Assembly: GCA_040767805.1 (NCBI GenBank)
Contig: JAXGNU010000005.1
Location: 32,001 to 96,000 of the forward strand
Source of the DNA: Thermovirgaceae bacterium
GTDB taxonomy: Bacteria; Synergistota; Synergistia; Synergistales; Thermovirgaceae
Direction: 5' to 3'
DNA length: 64,000 nucleotides
Position numbers and translations under genes: made by a program
Part shown: positions 58,414 through 64,000 of the stretch, piece after piece
Layout: each line of letters opens with the position of its first letter
Numbering within the stretch: position 1 is the stretch's first letter
The notes under the pieces: generated by a model
The model's database searches: none
What the model was told of the DNA's origin: nothing
Seen by the model: the letters and a program-made list of their open reading frames with translations, nothing else

Positions 58414-59976
58414 ATGAGGATAGCCTGTGTCCAGATGGAAGCGCCGGAATTGGCCGATTTTGAAAAGACTTTTAGCAGGATCCAACGTCTCCTGGATGAG
58501 GCCCTCCGGCCCGGCGTCGACCTGGTGGTGTTCCCGGAATGCTCATGGCCGGCCTACTTCATCGATCCCGCGGAGAAACAGTCCCTCAAGGAGGCCCTGT
58601 CGCTCAACGAACGATTGATCGACCATATCAGCAGGAAAGCCAGTGAACACGCTTCCTACGTGGCTTTCGGGCTGGTGGAGGAAAAGGACGGGAAGCTCGG
58701 CAACAATGCCATCCTCGTGGACCCCTCGGGAGAAATAGTCCTCAGGGTGTCAAAGATGAACCTTTGGCATTTCGACAGGGACCTCTACGAGCCGGGCCGA
58801 AGTTTTGACGTGGTCGATTCACCCTTTGGGCGGATCGGCCTCCTGATATGCGCCGACGCGCGTCTCCCGGAAATCGCCCGGGTGCTCTCCGTGATGGGGG
58901 CCGATCTCATCATCGACCCGGCGAACCTCACGGGCTACGCCGCTTCACACCAGGGCCTGACTAACCCGCAGCTGGATTTCATGCTGCCCGCCAGGGCTTT
59001 CGAGAACGGGGTATGGTGGGTCCTCTCAAACAAGTGCGGGATCGAATCGGCGGCGGTGCCCTACGTGGGCGGCAGCAGGGTGATATCCCCGGAGGGGGTC
59101 CTCGTCGCCTCGGCAAGCCCGGACAGGGAAGAAGTCATCTTCGCCGATATAGACCTGCCGGTGAAAAGGCCCGCGGCCCTTCCGGAAAGGGCGCCGGCGG
59201 CGTACGGGGTGCTCACTGAGCCCACCGAGAATCTTCCTGTGACGGGGATCACTACCCAACCCGCCATCCCCTCCTGCAATAGCTTTTTCCTGGGAGCCGC
59301 CCAGTTCGGGGCCGGTGATGCCGAAGAGTACGTCCTCAAGGCAGGGAAGCACCTGGCCGCACTGGGGCGGCTGCATGCGTCCGTCGCGGCCCTCCCCCCG
59401 GCCGGCTTTCTTCCCCCCAAGGGGATCCTCCATTTAGCCGAAGCAATAAGGGAAAGGTATGGAGCGGCGATCGGGGGGATGGTCGTCGCCCTCGCCCACG
59501 GCGGGGGTGACGGTGAACCCCTTGGAGTACTTTTCGACGCGGGGAAGATCCTGGCATCCTCCCGGGGCCTTCCGCCCCTCTCGGGATCGGATGTCATCGG
59601 GACGCCCCACGGTAACTTCGCCTTCGTCCACGGCGAGGGGATCGTCCTCCCCGAATACGCCAGGATCCTGACCCTCCTGGGCGCGGATTTGCTGTTTTCC
59701 CTTACGGACACCTTGACGGGGCCTTCCCTTGAGATCGCCAGGACGCGGGCCTACGAGAACAAGGTCTTCCTGGTGCGCGCCGCCTCCCCCGGTGAGGGCA
59801 AGAGGTCCTTCATCTGTGACCCCTACGGGAGGGTCCTCTCCAGTGCCTTCATCGGGGTTGAGCAGGTCTTCGGCTGCCAGGCGGAACTCTTGTCGGCGAG
59901 GTGCAAAGAGGTCGTCCCGGGCACCGACGTGATAAGAGGCAGGAGACCTTCCGACTATCGGTCGCTCTGCCGGTAA
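58414..59976 (+). CDS. Carbon-nitrogen hydrolase (nitrilase superfamily), tandem two-domain
   Basis: Domain 1 has FPEC, SKMNLW and LICADARLPE (E-K-C triad). Domain 2 is degenerate (PEYARILTLLGAD, TRAYENKVF). Confidence 0.88.
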   Translation: MRIACVQMEAPELADFEKTFSRIQRLLDEALRPGVDLVVFPECSWPAYFIDPAEKQSLKEALSLNERLIDHISRKASEHASYVAFGLVEEKDGKLGNNAILVDPSGEIVLRVSKMNLWHFDRDLYEPGRSFDVVDSPFGRIGLLICADARLPEIARVLSVMGADLIIDPANLTGYAASHQGLTNPQLDFMLPARAFENGVWWVLSNKCGIESAAVPYVGGSRVISPEGVLVASASPDREEVIFADIDLPVKRPAALPERAPAAYGVLTEPTENLPVTGITTQPAIPSCNSFFLGAAQFGAGDAEEYVLKAGKHLAALGRLHASVAALPPAGFLPPKGILHLAEAIRERYGAAIGGMVVALAHGGGDGEPLGVLFDAGKILASSRGLPPLSGSDVIGTPHGNFAFVHGEGIVLPEYARILTLLGADLLFSLTDTLTGPSLEIARTRAYENKVFLVRAASPGEGKRSFICDPYGRVLSSAFIGVEQVFGCQAELLSARCKEVVPGTDVIRGRRPSDYRSLCR

Positions 59977-60050
59977 ACCGTTCCTTCGAAGTCGCCTGCG
60001 GGCCTATTTCCCAGTTCACCAGGGTGATCCTCTATAAGTGCATTGCCGTC

Positions 60051-60084
60051 TTGACAAGATTCATATAGTCTATATTCTATAGAC
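60051..60084 (+). promoter_or_regulatory. Promoter with overlapping palindromic operator
   Basis: TTGACA at 60051 and TATTCT -10. Inverted repeat GTCTATA-TTC-TATAGAC at 60068-60084. Confidence 0.6.
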
Positions 60085-60130
60085 CATAGGAACTGGACCA
60101 CGCCATCCACTATTCTCAGGAGGTGCTTGT

Positions 60131-60529
60131 ATGGAGAAAAAGGTCATACCGTTCGGCAGCGCCATGGGAATGAAGGTAGCCTTCAGTACCGCCGTAAGCG
60201 TGGATGTCAAGTCCGTCGAGAAGATCATCTGGGTCTCCGGCCAGGTCTCTTTCGACGAAAAGGGGAACATCCTGGGTAAGGACGACATGTTCGTCCAGAC
60301 GGAGCACGTTATCCGGAACATTCAAAGCGCCCTGGCGGAGTTCGGGGCCGGCCTGGATGACGTGGTCGAGGTCAACGTGTTCGTCAGGGACATGAGCCGG
60401 CTCAAGGAGATCCACGAAGCGAGGCTCAAATATTTCAAGGAGCCTTTCCCCACCAGCACCCTGGTTGAGGTCAACAAATTCGTGCATCCCGACGCCCTGA
60501 TCGAGATCAATGCCGTGGCAGTGATCTAG
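60131..60529 (+). CDS. RidA/YjgF family protein
   Basis: VSGQV, FPTSTLVEV and LIEINAVA motifs. Confidence 0.88.
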   Translation: MEKKVIPFGSAMGMKVAFSTAVSVDVKSVEKIIWVSGQVSFDEKGNILGKDDMFVQTEHVIRNIQSALAEFGAGLDDVVEVNVFVRDMSRLKEIHEARLKYFKEPFPTSTLVEVNKFVHPDALIEINAVAVI

Positions 60530-60578
60530 AAACCAGGTCCGGGAAAGCAGATATCTGACATCGTAAGGGGGAGAAGAG

Positions 60579-61631
60579 ATGAAAAGGAAGAGCTTTATCG
60601 CGGTTCTGCTGGTTGTACTGGTTATGAGCCTGGCCTCGGCCGCCGTGGCCGAGGAAAAGTTCCACTGGAGACTGCAGTCCAGTTGGGCCACGGGGCTGGA
60701 GATCCAGAGGCAGGTCGAGAGGTTCGCCGAACTCGTGACAAAAATGAGTGGAGGACGGTTGACTATTACTGCCCTTCCGGCGGGCGCGGTGGTGGGGGGG
60801 CTTGAGGTTTTCGACGCCGTGAGCCAGGGCGTCATTGACGCCATGAACAGCCTTTCCGCGTACTGGATCGGGAAAGAGCCCGCGGCGCCCATGTTCTCGG
60901 CGATCCCGCTCGGTATGGATGTCATGCAGTACTACGCCTGGTATTACTACGGTGACGGCCTCGACCTCATGCAGGAGATGTACGCCAAGCACAACATCGG
61001 TTACGCCGCTTTCTGCGCGATAAACCCGGCCGAGGACTTCCTCTGGGCCCACAAACCGATCACGAAGCTCAGCGATTTCAAGGGCCTGAAGATCCGCACC
61101 GTCGGCTACTGGGGCGAGATCGCGACCAAACTCGGTGCCCGCGTCGTCACCCTCCCGGGCGGTGAGCTCTACGGCGCCCTTGAGAAACGAATAATCGACG
61201 CGGCCGAGTTCTGCAACCCCGAGTCGGATTTCAAGTCCGGCCTGCATGAAGTGGCGAAGTACGTCCACGTCCCCGGCGTCCACCAGCCCGTGTCTTTCCT
61301 CGAGCTCCTCATCAACAAGCAGTCCTGGGACGCCCTGCCCGAAGACCTCCAGGAGATCGTGAAGTCGGCGGCAAAGGCTTCCGTCCTGGAAGGGTATGTC
61401 ACCTGCCTCATGGCCGACGGCGAGGCCCTGAGGGAATTCGAGAAGAATAAGAACGTCATAGTGAAGCTCCCCCCGGAGATGATCGCCGAACTGAAGAAAC
61501 TCGCATGGGAGCTCTACGACGAGAAGGCGGCGAAAGACCCGTTCTTCAAAAAGGTTTGGGATTCCCAGCGCAAGATCATAGCTGATTACGACCACTGGGC
61601 ATCCTACATGGTCCCGCCGAGGCTGGACTAA
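60579..61631 (+). CDS. dctP: TRAP substrate-binding protein
   Basis: Signal peptide; WRLQSSW, MSGGRLTI, FKGLKIR and ELYGALEKRIIDAAEF motifs. Confidence 0.93.
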   Translation: MKRKSFIAVLLVVLVMSLASAAVAEEKFHWRLQSSWATGLEIQRQVERFAELVTKMSGGRLTITALPAGAVVGGLEVFDAVSQGVIDAMNSLSAYWIGKEPAAPMFSAIPLGMDVMQYYAWYYYGDGLDLMQEMYAKHNIGYAAFCAINPAEDFLWAHKPITKLSDFKGLKIRTVGYWGEIATKLGARVVTLPGGELYGALEKRIIDAAEFCNPESDFKSGLHEVAKYVHVPGVHQPVSFLELLINKQSWDALPEDLQEIVKSAAKASVLEGYVTCLMADGEALREFEKNKNVIVKLPPEMIAELKKLAWELYDEKAAKDPFFKKVWDSQRKIIADYDHWASYMVPPRLD

Positions 61632-61744
61632 GTTCGCCTGTCCGTCCCCCCGGACGGTCGGGCTTATGGGGGGCAGGGCCACGGATCGTTCCTCCGTGGC
61701 CCTGATCTTATTGACCCAGGAGACGTTCTGAGAGGAGAAATTCC

Positions 61745-62269
61745 ATGGTCCGTAAATTCGTGAATTTCATCGATGCCCTCAACCTTTTCGTCGGACGGTC
61801 CGCGAGGTGGCTCGTGCTCATATTGACGGGCTGTTTCACCTATGAAGTGATAATGCGGTACGGGTTCAACAACCCCACGGTCTGGATCTTCGACGTCAGC
61901 TACATGCTCGGGGGGAGCTTCTTCGTCCTCGGGATGGGTTACACCCTGTTGAAGAACAACCACGTCAGGGTCGATGTTTTTTCTTCCAAGTTCAACGTGA
62001 AGGTGAAGGCCTTCATAGAGATCGTGCTCACCCTTTTCCTCTTCTACCCGGCGTGGGGCATCCTGATATACCGGGCTATCCCTTACGTCTACCGGTCCTG
62101 GATCACCAGGGAAAAGGCCCTGGAGAGTTTCTGGCAGCCCCCGATATACCCATTCAAGACGATCTTTCTCCTGGGCGTGATCCTGCTCCTGCTCCAGGTG
62201 ACGGCCGAATTGTTCCGTTCCTTCGAAGTGTTCTTCAGCAAGGGAGGTGCCGGTGATGCCAACGTTTAG
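61745..62269 (+). CDS. dctQ: TRAP small permease
   Basis: YEVIMRYGFNNPTVW, HVRVD and PIYPFK motifs. Confidence 0.9.
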   Translation: MVRKFVNFIDALNLFVGRSARWLVLILTGCFTYEVIMRYGFNNPTVWIFDVSYMLGGSFFVLGMGYTLLKNNHVRVDVFSSKFNVKVKAFIEIVLTLFLFYPAWGILIYRAIPYVYRSWITREKALESFWQPPIYPFKTIFLLGVILLLLQVTAELFRSFEVFFSKGGAGDANV

Positions 62270-63605
62270 CCCCGAGATGAACACCCTCCTGATGTTCGGC
62301 TCCTTGCTGATCCTCCTGTTCCTCGGTTTCCCGCTGGCCTTCGTGTTGACCGGCATCGGCCTCCTGTTCGGCGTCTCCCTTTTCGGGCTGAATTACGCCG
62401 GGGCTTTCATCCTCGCCTTCCTGTCGACGATGAAGAACTACATCCTGCTGGCGATCCCCCTTTTCGTGTTCATGGGGGCGATAATGCAGTACTCCGACGT
62501 CAGCGACAGGCTTTTCGGCACCGTCTACGTGCTGTTCGGGAAGTTGCGGGGAGGCCTTGCTATTACCAGCAACATACTGTCGACCATTTTCGCCGCCTGC
62601 ACGGGGGTCGTGGGGGCGTCGGTGGTGACCGTGGGGCTGCTCTCCATGCCCCCGATGCTGAAAAGGAACTACGACAAGAAACTCATCGCCGGGATAATCT
62701 GCGCCGGCGGCTGCCTGGGGGTCCTGATCCCGCCGAGCATCATGGTGATAGTCTACGGGCCCGCGGCAGGGGTCTCGGTGGGCAAGCTCTTCATGGGACT
62801 GATCGGGCCGGGGCTTTTGCTCTCAGCCCTTTACACCCTCTACATCGTCGTCCTGACGTCGATCTTCCCTGAAGCGGGCCCCCCGATCTCAAAGGAGGAC
62901 CTCGCCGATTTTCCCTGGGCTAAAACAAAGAGAGGCGTGGCCTTAAGGGTCCTCTCTTCCCTTGTGGCGCCCCTCGTGATCATCCTGGCAGTCCTCGGCA
63001 CCATATTCTTCGGCGTGGCTTCCCCGACGGAAGCGGCCGGGGTGGGCGCGGCGGCGGCGATAGCCCTCGCCTTCGCCTATAAAAAACTGAACGTGAAGAT
63101 GCTCGTCGACGCCTCGGACTCGGCCCTCAAAACGACCTGCATGATCCTGACCATGACGGTGGGGGCCGTCCTGTTCGTGTCAACCTTCATGTCGATGGGA
63201 GGCGGCGCCGTCGTTGAGCGTTTCATCATGGGTCTCCCCTTCGGGAAATGGGGGATCTTCTTCCTCATGTTCGCCGTCGTCACCATACTGGGCATGTTCC
63301 TGGACTGGATTGGGATCGTCCTCCTGATCGTCCCCCTATTCACGCCCATCGCCGCCAACCTGGGTTTCGACCCGGTCTGGTTCTCCATAATGATGATCCT
63401 CTTCCTGCAGCTGTCCTACCTTACGCCGCCCTTTGCGCTGGCGATATTCTATTTCAAGGGCATCTGCCCACCGGAGATCACGACGATGGACATCTACAAG
63501 GGGGTCGTTCCCTTCATCGCGATCCAGGTTTTCGCCTTCACTCTCTGCATCCTGTTCCCGGGGATCATCCTGTGGCTGCCCTCCGTGTCAGTCACGGGCT
63601 GGTAG
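62256..63605 (+). CDS. dctM: TRAP large permease
   Basis: LAIPLFVFMG, GVLIPPS, SPTEAAGVG, FDPVWF and TPPF motifs. Confidence 0.93.
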   Translation: MPTFSPEMNTLLMFGSLLILLFLGFPLAFVLTGIGLLFGVSLFGLNYAGAFILAFLSTMKNYILLAIPLFVFMGAIMQYSDVSDRLFGTVYVLFGKLRGGLAITSNILSTIFAACTGVVGASVVTVGLLSMPPMLKRNYDKKLIAGIICAGGCLGVLIPPSIMVIVYGPAAGVSVGKLFMGLIGPGLLLSALYTLYIVVLTSIFPEAGPPISKEDLADFPWAKTKRGVALRVLSSLVAPLVIILAVLGTIFFGVASPTEAAGVGAAAAIALAFAYKKLNVKMLVDASDSALKTTCMILTMTVGAVLFVSTFMSMGGGAVVERFIMGLPFGKWGIFFLMFAVVTILGMFLDWIGIVLLIVPLFTPIAANLGFDPVWFSIMMILFLQLSYLTPPFALAIFYFKGICPPEITTMDIYKGVVPFIAIQVFAFTLCILFPGIILWLPSVSVTGW

Positions 63606-63650
63606 CAGCGCTGTCGAGGGTTTTATCATGAATTCAAGGAGGGTTCGCTC

Positions 63651-64000
63651 GTGAAAGAGATCCTGGTCAAGGGAGGCACCGCGGAAGCTTTCGAGGTCCG
63701 GAAGGGCGGGAAGTTCAAACTTACCGACGTCGTGGGCGGCCAGGTCGCCGATTTCGTGGCCTTCAACAAGAACGACCTGAAGGAAAAATCTTCGCCCGGC
63801 CATACCCGCATCTCCAACCGTTCACTGAGGTTGAAGACCGGTGACAGCATCCGCTCAAACTTGAGGCATGAGATGATCCGACTGCTGGAGGAGACCGCCG
63901 GGCACCACGACATCCTGATCGTCGCCTGCGATGAGCAGCGGTACCTCGTGGATTACGGGGTGGCCGATCATCGAAGCTGCGTGAACAATTTCGAGCAGGT
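63651..64000 (+). CDS. DUF1989 / urea-carboxylase-associated family protein, truncated by the window edge
   Basis: Manual translation MKEILVKGG...GGQVADFVAF...HHDILIVACD...YG..HRSCVNNF, with AAGGAGG RBS. Not in the ORF track. Confidence 0.82.
   Translation, partial: MKEILVKGGTAEAFEVRKGGKFKLTDVVGGQVADFVAFNKNDLKEKSSPGHTRISNRSLRLKTGDSIRSNLRHEMIRLLEETAGHHDILIVACDEQRYLVDYGVADHRSCVNNFEQ

Noticed and set aside
1..64000. tRNA, rRNA, prophage or anti-phage defence genes
   Set aside because: None recognised by eye. tRNAscan, Rfam and DefenseFinder were not run, so small RNAs could be missed.

Overview
Chromosomal window around the replication origin of a high-GC anaerobic bacterium; the gene content tentatively suggests Synergistota, which is an inference. 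The left half (1-30500) is accessory DNA. It holds a RAYT-like HUH transposase with tandem repeats and an operon of two different glycyl-radical enzymes, each next to an activase. It also holds a TRAP operon broken in all three genes, nested IS elements (IS21 containing IS256; IS1182 containing a corrupted IS256; an ISNCY remnant), and a low-GC island encoding TRAP, a racemase, a cyclodeaminase-family protein and a divergent IlvD-family dehydratase. The right half is core genome: dnaA-dnaN-recF-mnmG-dciA with a Bacillus-like bipartite oriC, two perfect parS sites, rsmG-parA-parB, pckA, a non-canonical serine biosynthesis operon, and a nitrilase/RidA/TRAP/DUF1989 cluster. The two most notable observations are (1) an unannotated leader peptide with eight consecutive Ser codons and a complete 1:2/2:3/3:4 attenuator geometry upstream of the serine operon, and (2) the tandem glycyl-radical enzyme operon of unknown chemistry, one member of which has an atypical Cys loop. 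All calls come from manual reading and motif recognition; no searches were run.
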